Origin: the human T2T-CHM13v2.0 reference genome, Homo sapiens | DNA: 64,000 nucleotides | Direction of reading: 5' to 3' | Assembly: GCA_009914755.4 (NCBI GenBank) | Contig: CP068257.2 | Coordinates: forward strand, 17,184,001-17,248,000 | In this document: positions 13,801 through 27,107 of the stretch, one piece after another | Layout of the letters: each line of letters starts with the position of its first letter | How positions within the stretch are numbered: the first letter of the stretch is position 1 | Position numbers and translations under genes: made by a program | The notes under the pieces: model-generated | What the model saw: the letters and a program-made list of their open reading frames with translations, nothing else | The model's database searches: none | What the model was told of the DNA's origin: nothing

Positions 13801-16500
13801 CTCTCTAGTTTCTTGAGATGCAAGTTAGATTGTTACTTTGAGATCTTTCTAACTTCTTGATGATGGCATTTAGTCTTTTAAACTTTCCTCCTCACATCGC
13901 TTTAGCTGTATCCCAGCGATTTTGGTAAGCTGTCTTGCGTTTGTTAGTATTTTCACTAATTTCACAAAGTTTTTTTAAAATTTCTGCTTTAATTTTTATG
14001 TACACCCAGAAGTTATTCAGTAGCAAGTTGTTTAATTTCCATATGTAGTTTTGAAAGATCTTCTTGATATTGATTTCTGTTTTTATTGCACTGCGGTCCA
14101 AGAGTTTGATTGGTACGATTACAAAATTTGAATTTATTGACACTTGCTTTATGATTGGGCATGTGGTCAGTCTCAGAATTTGTTCCATATGCAAACAAAA
14201 ATAATTCAAACTCTATAGTTGTTGGGTGGAATGTTCTGTAGATGTGTATTAGAAAGTGCCAAGTTTAAGTCCAGAGCTTCTTTGTTACTTTTCTGCCTCA
14301 ATGATATGTCTAATGCTGTAAGTGGAGTGTTGAAGTTTCCCACTATTGTTGTTGGCTGTCTAAGCCTTTTCATACATCAAAAAAATTGCTTTATGTATCT
14401 GAGTGCTCCAATATTCGGTGTGTATAGATTTAGGATAGTTAAGTATTCTTGTTAATTGTACACTTTATCATTTTGTAATATCCTTCCTTTTCCTTCTAAA
14501 GTGTTATTCATTTTTAGTCTGTTTATCTTATATAAAAATAGCAACTCCTGCTTTTTTCTGTTTTTCATTTGCATAATAGATCTTTTTTCATCCCTTTATT
14601 TTGAGCCTGTGGGTATCAATACATGTGAAATATGTCTCTTGAAGACAGCAGATGGTGAGGTCTTGTCTTTTGATTCAGCTTGCTATTTTGTCTTTGAAGG
14701 GGGGCATTTAGCCCATTTGCATTCAGCGTTAGTATTGATATGTGAGATTTTGATTCTGTCATGTTGTTAGCTGGTTGTTATGTAGGCTTGATCATGTAGT
14801 TGCTTTGTTTGTGTGCTATGTGCTTAAGTATGATTTTGTGGTAGCAGGTGTCCTTCTATCAATTCCATATTTAAGACTTCTTTAAAAACTTCTGGTAAGG
14901 ATGGTCTAGTTGAAGTAAATTCCCTCAGAATTTGTTTGTCTTAAAACAATTTTATTTATCTTTCACTTCCAAAGCTTAGCTTGGCAGGATATGACATTCT
15001 TGACTGAATTTCTTTTCTTCAAGGACAACTGAAAATAGGCCCCCAATCTCTTCTGGCTTATAAGGTTTCTGCTGAGAGGTCTTCTACTAGCCTGATGGAG
15101 TTCCCTCTGTAAGTAACCTGCTCCTTCCTTCTAGCTGCCTTTAATTTTTTTTTCCACTGACCTTAGTGAATCTGATGACTATGTTCCTTTGTTATAGTAA
15201 TCTTGTATAACATCTAGTTGTGGTTTTCTGTATTTCCTGAATTTTCATGTCATTCTCTCTAGAGAGATTAGAAAAGTTTTATGGACTATCTCCTCAAATA
15301 TATTTTCCAAATTGCTTATTCTCTTTCCTTCTCTGTCAATAATGTCAATGAGTCATAGATTTTTCTCTTTACAAAATTTCGTATTTTCAGAGGTTTTATT
15401 CATTTTTTTAAATTCTTTTTTCTTTATTTTGTCAGAATGAGTTGATTCCAGGAACTAGTCTTCAAGCTCCTGAGATTCTTTTCTCAGCTTGTCTCTTCTG
15501 CCATTAATACTTCTGATTGAATTATAAAATGATTGTATTGAATTTTTCAGCTGTATAAGTTCAGTTTGCTTCTTTCTTGAAATGGCTATTTCAGCTCTTG
15601 GATCATTTTACTGAATTTCTTGATTTCTTTGGATTGGGTTTCAACTTTCTCCTGAATCTCCATTAAATTTTTTGCCCTCCAGATTCTGTATTCTGTCTGC
15701 CATTTTAGACTACTTACAGACCATTGATGATGTTCTGGTAAACTTGGATTAAGGGGACACTCTGGCCTTTTGAACCGCCTAAGTTCTTGTGCTAATTCTT
15801 TCTCATCTTGGAGGGTTGTTGTTCCTTTAATTGTGGTGTAATTTAATTACAGTCAGTTGGCTTTGTTTATGGATGTTTCTAGAGGGCTAAAGCTCTGTAT
15901 GTGGTCTTTATTTATGGCTGAATTCTTACCCTTGGTTTCATGGGTCAGTATATTAGCAAAATATTTTTGGTGTTGTAGTTTGGGCAACTATCCAGCAGAT
16001 GGCTATCTAGAGTAACTGCCAATAGGTAAGTTCTTACTCAACCATGTGGCTCCTTTGTATTTCCTGGGTTTGCAGCTGTTCTCTGCAGTGAGGTGGGGGA
16101 GAGAGGTTACACTCTCACCAGGTATGCTCCTGGGCATTGGGGAAGTCCCCTCGGATCACTGGCACTGTGCTTGGGAATTTATTTTGCTCCAAAAGTGGAT
16201 ATTCTGGGGTGTATTTCCTTGAGCAGAGGCTGGGGCAGGAAGATAGGCCACACCATTTCTGGACAGGCTCTCCTCCCCAGGAACCATTCAGGGCTGGGAA
16301 CTAGCATTAGCATTTGGGTATGTTGCACAGTGTTCCCAGCTTCCTCCTTCTTCAGACTCAGTGTCTGTGTCATGGTTCCATATATTCTTGGTGTTTTCTC
16401 TCTGAAGATCCATCCAAATTATGTTGGTTTACCTTTTGATCTCTCTTGATGGGAGCAGCATTTTCTGGCTGCATCTAGTTGTTGGCCATCTTGTCCCTCT
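10836..16500 (-). mobile_element. Older, diverged L1 (L1PB/L1MA-class), approximately full length with degraded ORFs
   Basis: 3' end motif (RC) 'atgtttagctccc(t)cttgtaagtgagaacat' at ~10990. Continuous L1 ORF2/ORF1-homologous sequence follows (e.g. minus ORF 12815-13225 '[20 protein letters not shown]...[19 protein letters not shown]' is an RT motif). 5' end is '...ggccatcttg...' (RC of 'CAAGATGGCC') at ~16497. Confidence 0.8.
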
Positions 16501-19500
16501 AGCACTGGGAATTTGATTGTGAGCTAGATTTAGTCCCTCACAACAAGCTGCATGGAATCTAGAGGGGAAAATAAACTGGAATGCCAAGAGTTATGATAAA
16601 GCATGAGTTCAAGAAAAGGTGTTTCATTATTTTGTCTAAGGCAGGATTCCTAATTATTTTTGCATGGGGTTTGGATAAGAATCTGTCAAGGAAACAACTC
16701 CAAGCTGTGATGAAGTCAGGGTCAGTCAGCCTTTTTATTATAAGTGATCAGAAATATCAAGATGAGGATACAAAGCAGAGCATGGAGTACTGAAATACTT
16801 GTTTTCTAGAAACTTAAGGGACTCTTCAAATCATACATCATATTTATGTATCATTTTTAAAGGGATATTTTATTGCTATTTGAAGGAATAATATTTTCAC
16901 ATATATTAAGTCAGTATGCCTTGAATGAGCTTATTGAATGTACTTTATTCTTCCCCACTAGTTTCCCTCAAACTGGAGGAGACAGCGAAGGATGGAATCA
17001 TGAATAAGAAGTGGTTGGAAAAACATAATCCCACTTTTTATTCCTGGATACTGCACAGTCTTTTGTTATTAAGTTTAGCAAAAAGTTCTGAAACACAGTT
17101 CTAGATTTCTCTCATTGAACAATAGACTTAATTATCTTAATTTTATTCATCCAAAGTTTGAGAGTTAATTTAGAAACACGATGAATTATTAATAAGTTTG
17201 TATCTATCAAAAAGCACTCAAATACATAAACTTGAGTTTCTTAGTATAATACTTATCTTGTAATGTCTATGCATTAATATCTATTAATGCATGATAATAA
17301 TATAATAACAACCACAAGACAAGACAAATTTACTGCCTATAAAAAGTTCATTGCTTAATAAAATGTCATTTTGTATTACTCATTCTTATTTAAATCTTGG
17401 TCTAGACAATTAAATATCAAACCCTACAAATTTATTGAGAATACTGACTAATTAACGACCAACACAAAACCTTCAGTATAAATAGTACTTGTCTTTCATC
17501 TCCTCACCTAGATGATTAGTTATTGTTAACTGGTGAAAAAATCAGGAGCACATACATTAGTATGCATGGTGTCATAAGCGAATACAACATATACATTCTG
17601 TTTCCTCTCTTTCCACTCCTGGTATTTCCTTATATGGACTGCCTCATATCCAACCTAGAAGACATGAGACAAAAAAACCAACCTCAATTGATCAGAAAAA
17701 TTTCAAATAGGATCATTATTTATCTTATAGAGAAAGATCTAAAATGAATATGAAGAAGAATATTTGATTTGATTAGAACATTACATTTTGTCATTATTTG
17801 TGCTAATTTCAATATGGTAAAATGAAGCCCCTGGATTCTCAGTCTGAAGTAAACTGGAGACCACTATTTCAGTACCATTTTAGCACAAATATTTCACTTT
17901 TCCCTTGATATTAAAAAATAGCAGAAATGTATTTTCTTGCAATTGTTTTCTTAAGAGTGTTTCATGGGTAGCTCATTTTCCAAAGAAATATAAAGTCTAG
18001 TATGATCATCACATTCCAATATTTTTCAGGCAATTTTTTGGCATGCATATTTATCTTATTATATTATTATATATAACTGGATAACAATATGATAATTAAG
18101 CATTTTTTCAGATATATCAAGGAGAAATTAAATGATGAAAGAGATTTGATACAGCTATAGATTAATATTTTGAGGTCTAGATTTCAAAACTTCTGATTTT
18201 AAAATTTAGACTTTGTATAGCATTTTGATAGTATTGTTGGCTTGATATCAAATGTTTAGAGCTTGTGGATTATTCTTTTAATTTCAATATGAAGAATATT
18301 CAATCATTATTCTTACAATATATTGATTCAAATTTTCAATTTTTAAAATAAAGTTACATTGGGTAAATTCAAGTGTCATTGAAGTAAATTACACTACAGT
18401 GAAGAGTAGAAGGGGACAGAAAAAATATGTGTTCTCATAGTGTAGAACATTTATCATAAGAAGTAAATATTTTATGGGTCAGAAACCAGCACTTCTACTT
18501 TTATTTAAAATCACTGTATCTAGCAAATATGCATTTGTTATTTGATTTTATTTAAAACAGAGTGACATCTAGGTGACCATCAATAGTACTTGAGTCAAAA
18601 TTTAAAAATTGACATGAAATTAATCATAATACAAAAGGTTGCTATTATAAATTATAGTGAAACTAAAATAAGAATAAATTTTTGAAATGTGCTAGTAGAG
18701 ATATACAAAATGAAAGTTGCTCTAAAACATGGTGTCCCTCTTTGAGTTAGCTGTTGTCACAAAAATGCTGCATGATAATAATATAATAACAACCATAATA
18801 ACAACTACAAGATCTCAGTGGAATGTACTAACAAGCATTTATTTAGCTCATAATTCTACAGAATGGCTGGCAGGGAGACTAACCTAGACAGAGTTCTCTT
18901 GAGTATGGTTCTGTTCCACTTGTCTTTCATCTATTTCTTCGGACAGCAGGCTAGCCCAGGTGTATTCTCATTGTGTTGGCAAAGACAAAAAAAAGTTCAG
19001 GTGTAAAACTCACAACATATTTCAAGAATATATTATATAATATCTGCTAAAATACTATTGGTTGAAATAAATTATATGGCTGAGCCCAGCTTTAAAGGGT
19101 AGAAAGAATGTACCTCCCAATCTGATCTTAAAGCAAGTTCGTGATCAAGCTCAACTACAAAGAAGTCAAAATCTATATTCCTTCACTTGAAAGTGGAGGA
19201 GAGTGGTGAATATTTCTGACAAAATAATTTACCCAATAACTATATTAGTAAGACTATGTGTTATAATCTATAATTGGCTATAGTATAATGAAAGTAATCT
19301 TACAATTTACACAAGTGGCTACTAAAATGGTTCACTTAAAAATACTTTTGGTAAACCCATTTAAAAGGTATCATTTAAGTAAAGAAGATAATAAAATTAA
19401 TCTCAAAATGTATCTTCAGCGGGACTTGAGTAGGAGGTCTTTAACTCTTTTTTGTTTTTTGGTAGAAGAATTGCTACTGAAAACATGCCAGTTTTGTAAC

Positions 19501-20926
19501 AACTTCTATGTATCAAAGTGGATATATTGAGTAAAAAAGGAACCAGTCTTTGCCTGGCAGGACATCATTTGACGTTAGAAATGGATATGTTTCTTTTTTT
19601 TTACCCTGGGGTAGAAAAGAATACTGGGTGATTCTTAATCTTGAAAGAGAGGGGGCTTTCCTTGGCTAGTTGTAATGCAGTATTACTTTTTAAAATCTAT
19701 GACAAATAGACTTTAGAAAGTTTCAGTGGGAAAGCTTAAATGTTTCTTTTCATAAATGATCATTTATGTATGTTATGAAAATAAAGGAAAGAAACACACG
19801 ATTATTCTTTAATCCTTTACATCTCACACTGTTATGAGAATATGTGCATGTTTCATAATATTTCTGACAAAGATGAATTTTCACCCTTAATTCCTCTCAA
19901 TTATAAAGTAAAATGTTTAATGAACATATTTTTTGAAGATATCTTGTGTGTAAACAACACATGTAGGACTCCCAAAATGAGAACCACATTATGCACTAGG
20001 AACTTGCCCACAGATGAATATCTTCTTGTTTGTCTTTAAAAGTGAGGTGGAAGGAGATGACAGGAAAAATGTCCTCTCTTTTGTCAGACACCAGGAAGAG
20101 CTCTTTATCTAGAAGGTATTTATCTTTGCATCAGAGGACAAAAAACATAACATTTCATGTGAAGAACCAATGACCACAATATTTAGGGATAACAACGGAA
20201 GTCATTTCCTGCATCCTTCAATTCGTTGACATGATAATATAAATTCTCATTCTCCTCCTCTTAGTTGGCATGAGAAACCAAAGCTTTTTTCAGCTTCAGA
20301 GTAAGTTCAGCTGAGGCCTCCTTTGTGACTGTGTCACGGCTCAATTTCTTTCTGCTCAATTTCTGTCCCTTCCCTCATTGGTGTTGATCCCAAGAGCAAT
20401 TCCTAATGAACCCATTACACACTAATCTTCACCTCAGAGTTAGTTTCCCAGAATATCCAAGGACTAACGGGAGTCTTCTAATAAACATTCATGGGCTAGC
20501 TCATCCACGAGATTGTAGGCTTCTCAAGCAAATTTAACTTAGATGAATGTTATAGAAGTACTTTAAATAGAAAAGTGAAGTGATCATCTGATAAAAATTG
20601 ATTTGAAATGGCAGAGTATTAACAGGTAAGAATATGAGGCTATTTTACTCATCAGAGCAAGAAAGAACAGGGCTAATAGCTGATAGCTAACGTACATATG
20701 ACACTGTTCTAAATAAATTCATATAATATGTTATTAATATTCATAAAAATGCTATGATGTAGGTAATACATTTATCTCTATTACCCCATATTATATGATA
20801 AAAATGGACCACAGAAAGGTTTAGTACATTCTCTAAAGTCATGCGACTGGTAAGTGGTGAAGCCAGGACTTGAGCCAGTAGTGTGGCTTCGGAGTTCTTT
20901 CTCTTTCTCTCTATAGCCATGATGTA

Positions 20927-21362
20927 CAGTTGACCCTTGAACAATTTGGGGGTCAGGGGCATTGATGCTCTGCCAGTCAAAATCCACGTATCATTTTTGA
21001 CTCAGCCAAATTTAACTACTAATAGCTTACTGCTGATCAGAAGATTTACTGATAATATAAACAGTCATGTAATGCATAGTTTGTATGTTGTATGTGCTAT
21101 ATACTGTATTTTTATAATAAAGCAAGCTAGAGAAAAAAGTTATTAAGACAATCATACAGAAGAGAAAATTTATTTACTCTTCATTAAGTAAAAGTGGATC
21201 ATCATAAAGGTCTTCATCTTTGTCATCTTCACAGTATGTAGGCTGATGAGGAGGAGGAAAAGGAGGGATAGGTCTTGCCGTCTCAGGGTGGCAGAGGCAG
21301 AAGAAAATCCATACATACGTAGACCCACACAGTTCAAACCTGTGTTGTTCAAGAGTCTACTG
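20927..21362. mobile_element. Non-autonomous TcMar-Tigger-type DNA transposon (Tigger2/MER-like MITE)
   Basis: Terminal inverted repeats are visible directly. The start is 'cagttgacccttgaacaa...', the end is '...ttgttcaagagtctactg' (RC 'cagtagactcttgaacaa'), and TA precedes the left end. The family name is from memory of a Tigger2 consensus. Confidence 0.6.
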
Positions 21363-21696
21363 TGTATCTGGTGATTGCTAAGACAGTAGGAACAGCAAGA
21401 CAGTTATGTGAGCAGAATAATATTATATTAATGAGGGGAAGTTAATAGGCATTTTAAATGTGATTATTGTATTTGGACAAAAGTTTGATGTACCTATGGA
21501 ATCCAAGAGGAAGTCTCTTGTAGCTAGCTGAAAGTGCAGCTCTGAGCCTATGAGAAATCTATGAAGGCGCTAAAGAGCTGGAAGCCAGAGGACATTAATG
21601 ATAGCTGGAGCCATGGCTAGTGATATGATGATTCATGGAGACTGGGTGGAAGGAAAGAGAAATGATAAGGTCAAGAATAGAATCTGGGTTGTCATG

Positions 21697-21835
21697 ATGG
21701 TATTATGTGCCTGTAGTGACAGCTACTAGGGAGGCTGAGGAAGAAGGATCACTTGAGCCCAGATGTTCAGGACCAACCTGGGCAACATAGCAAGACCCCA
21801 TCTCTAAAAAATTAATTAATTAATTAATTAATTTT
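21697..21835 (+). mobile_element. Alu right-arm fragment with (TTAA)n tail
   Basis: 'gtgcctgtagtgacagctactagggaggctgagg...cctgggcaacatagcaagaccccatctc' followed by 'ttaattaattaattaattaatt'. Confidence 0.7.
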
Positions 21836-23402
21836 ATTAAAGGTAAAATAAAAAGAATAGAAACTGGGTAGGGTGCCTGCACTTAAACATTCTCTATGCC
21901 GAAAATAATGACACAGAAACAAATGAAAATATCCACAGGTTTTAGTAATAATAGAAATAGCTAAATTCATATGCTTATTTTATATATACATAAGATTATA
22001 AGATGTAAGTTACTCAAAATCTATGCCTTGTATCTTGAAGCATCAAATTATTTTTTTCAATTAATAGAAATAAACCTATAAATACTCATGCTTATTTCAA
22101 TCAGTGACTCCTATAACCCATATTTCAGAAGAATTTTCTGAAGTGTTAGTAAACTTCTAAATGTCTTCAATTTCATGGTTTGTTAACTTTTAGAGACATC
22201 AATATTTTTGAATAAGTAAAAGCATTAGAATGATTAATTACATGGTTTAGCTAAAATTCAAATGAAATATGTACCTTTTCTCTCACTAACTCAAATTTGT
22301 TTCAAAAGAATTGTGAGTTTTGAAGGAAAAACACCGAAGAGTCAGAGTTTTATGATAATGAACAAAAACTAAGATTAAAACATATATAACAAATAATTTT
22401 ATTAAAAATTTTCCTTGTTTGTATTAATTATAACATAAAATTATATAAAGTAAAATGTTTTTCCATAAATAGTGTCTGAAAAAAATGTCTTTTATTATGC
22501 CATTTTTTCACAAATATTTACATCTTGTAATAAACTTTGTAGTTAGGTGCTTCAAAGAAAAAGTATTTCTAATTTCTTTTGTCCATACTACTCCTAAAAA
22601 GAAATCAGTACTGCATCAGTATTCAGAAACCAAAATTCAAACTTTCTGTAAGTTCTGTCTCCCTTCAATGGACTGTTAAAATAATGATGACTTTTTTCCT
22701 CCTTGCTATTTCAGTTTTCATTATTGTTAATATAAATGATGAATGTGGCACAACCATAATTGAATTATCCCAGTTTATCACCCCTATTTGTCTTAAAAAC
22801 TATTTTCCTTATATGTTTCAGTTTACAAGATGTTTGGTCATTTATTTAAAAAACTCTCTAGCATTTATCTGAGGAAAAAAAACACTCAATGGCCTAAGTT
22901 GATATAAAATTAATTTATAACTGTGCTCTGATTTATTGGTTATTAGTTTTATTTCTGTGAAGAAATAAGTTTAAAAGTACATCAGATAGATGTACATCAG
23001 ATACAAAGAAAGAAAGCTTTTACTTTAATTCTATATCCTGAGGGACTTGAAATGCCTAAATGACTAAGAATATGATTGATAATCCAAATGTTTCTTTTTA
23101 TTAAAAAAAAGATAAATATTTTCACATACTGCTTATGGACTTGAAAGGTTAAAAATGTTCCAAGTTTGTTTCCCCTTAAGATATATGGATGTAACTACTT
23201 CTTTCTAGCTGTCCAAAATCATTGATATCTGGGTTATGAACCTAGAATGTCTACATATAGATTATCATTTTAAACTACTCTTTCTTTTTCTTTTAGAGGT
23301 TTTAATTCAATCCAGAAATGGAATTTATCTCAGGCCCCTTTCCATTTGTTTCACAATATTATCTGAATGACAATTATTTTATATCATTACGTCATACCTT
23401 AT

Positions 23403-23702
23403 AATTCATTTTGGCCGGGTGCGGTGGCTAACGCCTGTAATCCCACCACTTTGGGAGGCCAAAGCAGGTGGATCACGAGGTTAGGATATTGAGACCATCC
23501 TGGCCAACATGGGGAAACCCCGTCTCTACTAAAAGACAAAAAAATTAGCCGGGCGTGGTGGCGCGTGCCTGTAGTCCCAGTTACTCAGGAGGCTGAGACA
23601 GGGGAATCGCTTGAACCCAGGCAGCGAAGGTTGGAGAGCTGAGATCGCGCCGCTGCACTCCAGACTGGTGACAGAGCAAGACTCTGTCTCAAAAAAAAAA
23701 AA
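23403..23702 (+). mobile_element. Alu SINE (AluY-like)
   Basis: 'ggccgggtgcggtggctaacgcctgtaatccc...ggatcacgaggt...' dimeric structure with poly(A) at 23691-23702. Confidence 0.9.
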
Positions 23703-23875
23703 TCATTTCACATGACATTAATGCATACATTGCATTTGATAACTAATTGAAGGCAGTGCCATTTTAATAGTATGCTATATAAAACTATTCATACTCTCCA
23801 GGAGATATTTTTGATATGATATCATGAAAGAGAAATCTGCTTCATTGTCTTTCTTACAATTGTCATCAATCGTAA

Positions 23876-24040
23876 GGTTTGTTGAATTGTTTTGGCCAAA
23901 ATGCTGTATGAACAATGTAGCCCAAGCTGAAGTTGTCTCAGGTGGAGATGAAGAACTTATTGGGAACTGGAGCACAGGTCACTCTTGCTATGCTTTAGCA
24001 AAGAGACTTATCACTTTAACTAAAAGTGATAGCACTATCC
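23876..24040 (+). repeat. Fragment homologous to THE1/MST internal region. It is a near-duplicate (~95%) of 25255-25420
   Basis: Direct alignment by eye. 'gtttgttgaattgttttggccaaaatgctgtatgaacaatgtagcccaagctgaagttgtctcaggtggagatgaagaacttattgggaactggagcacaggtcactcttgctatgctttagcaaagagactta' against the copy inside the MaLR element downstream. Confidence 0.6.
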
Positions 24041-24675
24041 ATTTCAAAGACAAATTTTATTACATCATGAAAGTAAAATAAAAAATTAATTGTGCCTTAT
24101 GAAAATGGAGTCAAAGTATTTTTCCCTATTTCTACTTCTAAGACCAACTAAAAATCCTGGCTATTACATGTCAAACAAACAGAATCCTGTAAAAGATTTA
24201 AAAAAAAAAACAGAAAAAGTAAAAAAATACAAGTAATGACACAGAAGTAAGATCTCTGGATTTTATTTTGCCATGTATATCTCATAATTGGTGTGGGTAA
24301 ACTGGACTGGTAACCCACCCAGCATGGCCAAGGGGTTCAGAACAAAAACAGAAAGCTTCAAGAAAAATTGATCTGTTTAGCCAAAAGGCCAAGAAAGGGA
24401 CATCCTAGCAAGTCAGAACATTTTCATACAATAATCACTCTACCTACCCATGCACCACAATGTTTGAGGGAGGAAGTAGCCCCTATTCCCAATGCACCAG
24501 TGAATACCTACTGGGTAACCAAACCTTACACCCTTACCAGGCAGAAATTAGGCACCCCCACCTGTCCTTTTGGGATGGTGACATAACAGGTTGAATAGGA
24601 AGTCACAACTTAGCAGTGTCAGAACAGTCTATGTGGTAAGCCTGGACTTCTACTCCTTCCTTGCAGTAAAAGTCA

Positions 24676-25084
24676 GTGATATGGTTTGCCAAATCACATT
24701 TTAATCTCAGTGATTAACATTCACTCAATGCCAAAATGTCATCTTCCATTGTAATCCCCACAATACCCAGGTGTCAATGGTGGGATCAGGTGGAGGTAAT
24801 TGGATCATGGGGGTGGTTTCCCCTGGTGCTGTATTTGTGATAATGAGTGATTCTTATGAGATCTGATGGTTTTATAAGAATCTGGCATTTCACCTGCAAG
24901 CACTCACTCTGTTCTGCTGCCCTGTGAAGAAGGTGCCTGCTTCTCCTTTGCCTTCTGCCTTGATTGTAAGATTCCTGAGGCTTCCCCAGCAATGTGGAAC
25001 TGTGAGTCAATTAAACTTCTTTCCTTTATAAATTACCCAGTCTTGGGAATTTCTTCATAGACATGTGAAAATGGACTAATACAA
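24676..25084 (+). mobile_element. 5' LTR of a THE1/MST-group ERVL-MaLR element
   Basis: Begins 'tgatatggtttg' and ends '...cttgggaatttcttcatagacatgtgaaaatggactaatacaa'. This is the canonical MaLR LTR architecture. Confidence 0.85.
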
Positions 25085-26733
25085 CAAATTGGCACCACAT
25101 GCTTTATAGTGGCACCAGAGAGTGGGATGCCACTGTAAAGATACCCAAAAATGTGGAAGTGACTTTGGAACTGGGTAACAGGCAGGGATTGGAACAGTTT
25201 GGAGGGCTCAGAAGAAGATAGGAAAATGTAGGAAAGTTTGGAACTTCATACATGTTTGTTGAATTGTTTTGGTCAAAATGCTGTATGAACAATGTAGCCC
25301 AGGCTGAAGTTGTCTTAGATGGAGATGAAGAACTTATTGGGAACTGGAGCAAAGGTCACTCTTGCTATGCTTTAGCAAAGAGACTTATGGCATTTTGCCC
25401 CTGCCCTCGAGATCTATGGAACTTTGAACTTGAGAGAAATGATTTAGGGTATCTGAAATGATTTAGGGTATCTGAGGGAAGAAATTTCTAAGTGGCAAAG
25501 CATTTAAGAAATGATCTGAGTGCTCTTAAAAGCATTCAGTTCCATGAATTCTCAAAAAAGATGGTTTGGAATTGGAACTTAGGTTTAAAGGAGAAGCAGA
25601 GCATGCAAGTTTGGAAAATTTGCAGGCTGATAATGAAATAGAAAAGAAAAATCCATTTTCTGGGGATAAATTCAAGCCAGCTGAATGAATTTGCATATAT
25701 AATAAGGAGGCAAATGTTAATCGCTGAGATAATAGGAAAAATGTCTCCAGGACATGACAGAGACTTTTGTGGCAGCACCTCCCATTACAGGCTTGAAGGC
25801 CTAGGAGAAAAAAAATTGGTTTTGTGGACTAAGCCCAGGTCCTTGCTGCTTTATGTAGTCTTGGGACTTGGTGCTCTGCATCCCAGCCATGGCCAAAAGG
25901 GATCAACTTACAGTTCAGGCTGTTGTTTCAGAGGGTGCAAGCCCCAAGCCTTGGACACTCACACAAGGTATTGAGCCTTTGGGTGCACAGAAGTCAAGAA
26001 CTGAGATTTGGGAACATCTGCCTACGTTTCAGAGAATGCATGGAAATGCCTAGATGTCCAGGCAGAAGTTTGCTGAGGGTTGGGGCCCTCATGGAGAACA
26101 TCTGCTAGGGCAGTGAGGAAGGGATATGTGGGATTGGAGCCCCAACACAGAGTCCCCATTGGGTCACTGCCTAGTGGAGCTTTGAGAAGATGGCCACTGT
26201 CCTCCAAACCACAGGATGGTAGATCCACCAACAGCTTGCATCATGCACTTGGAAAAGCCACAGACACTCAATACCAGCCCACAAAAGCAGCTGGGAGGGG
26301 GGCCATACCCTGCAAAGCCACAGGAGCAGAGCTGCCCAAGACCATAGGAACACTCCTGTTGCATCAGCATGACCTGGATGTGAGACACTGAGTCAAAGGA
26401 GATCATTTTGGAACTTTAGTGTTTAATGGTTGCCCTATTGGATTTTGGACTTGCATGAGGCCTGCAGCTCCTTTGTTTTGGCCAGTATTTCCCAATTGGA
26501 ACAGGCATGTTTACCCAATGCCTGCACCCCCATTGTATCTAGGAAGTAACCTAACTTGCTTTTGGTTTTACAGGCTCATAAGTGGAAGGGACTTGCCTTG
26601 TCTCAGATGAAACTTTGGACTTGGATTTTTGGGTTAATGCTAGAATGAGTTAAGACATTGTTAGACTGTTTGGAAGGCATGATTGTGTTTTGAAATGTGA
26701 GGACATGAGATTTGGGAGGGGTTGGGGTGGCAT
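25085..26733 (+). mobile_element. THE1/MST internal (non-coding) region
   Basis: Matches remembered THE1-int consensus landmarks in order. These are 'ttggcaccac...tgtggaagtgactttggaactgggtaacaggcag', 'gcattttgcccctgccctcgagatctatggaactttgaacttgagag', 'ccatggccaaaagg...', 'cagggtgcaagccccaagccttgg', 'tgagacactgagtcaaaggagatcattttgga', and 'gctcataagtggaagggacttgccttgtctcagatga'. The ORFs in this region are remnants. Confidence 0.85.
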
Positions 26734-27107
26734 GATATGGTTTGGCTGTGTCCTCACCCAAAATGTCATCTTGAGTTGTAAGTCCCATAATCCCCACATG
26801 TCAAGGGTGGGACCAGGTGGTGGTAATTGGATCATGGGAATGGTTCCCTACATGTTTTTTTCATGATAGTGAGTCTCAGGACATCTGAAGTTTTTATGAG
26901 TGTCTGGCATTTCCCCTGCTTGCACTCCCTTCATCCTGCCACACTGTGAAGAAGGTTCCTACTTCTTTTTTTGACTTCCACCATAATTGTAAGTTTCCCG
27001 AGGCCTCATCAGCCATGTGTAACTGTGAATCAATTAAAATTCTTTCTTTTGTAAATTACTCAGTCTTGGGTATTCCTTCATAGCAGTGTGAGAACAGACT
27101 AATATAG
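26734..27107 (+). mobile_element. 3' LTR of the same THE1/MST-group element
   Basis: 'tgatatggtttggctgtgtcctcacccaaaatgtcatcttgagttgtaagtcccataatcccc...cagtgtgagaacagactaatatag'. It is ~20% diverged from the 5' LTR, so this is an old insertion. Confidence 0.85.

Noticed and set aside
16093-16449. 118-aa + strand ORF
   Set aside because: It is inside the diverged 5' region of the older L1 on the wrong strand for L1 ORFs. Compositional artefact.
25714-26610. Cluster of 60-100 aa ORFs on both strands (for example 26080-26391, 26164-26406)
   Set aside because: They fall in the non-coding internal region of the THE1/MST element. These are MaLR internal remnants and not genes.
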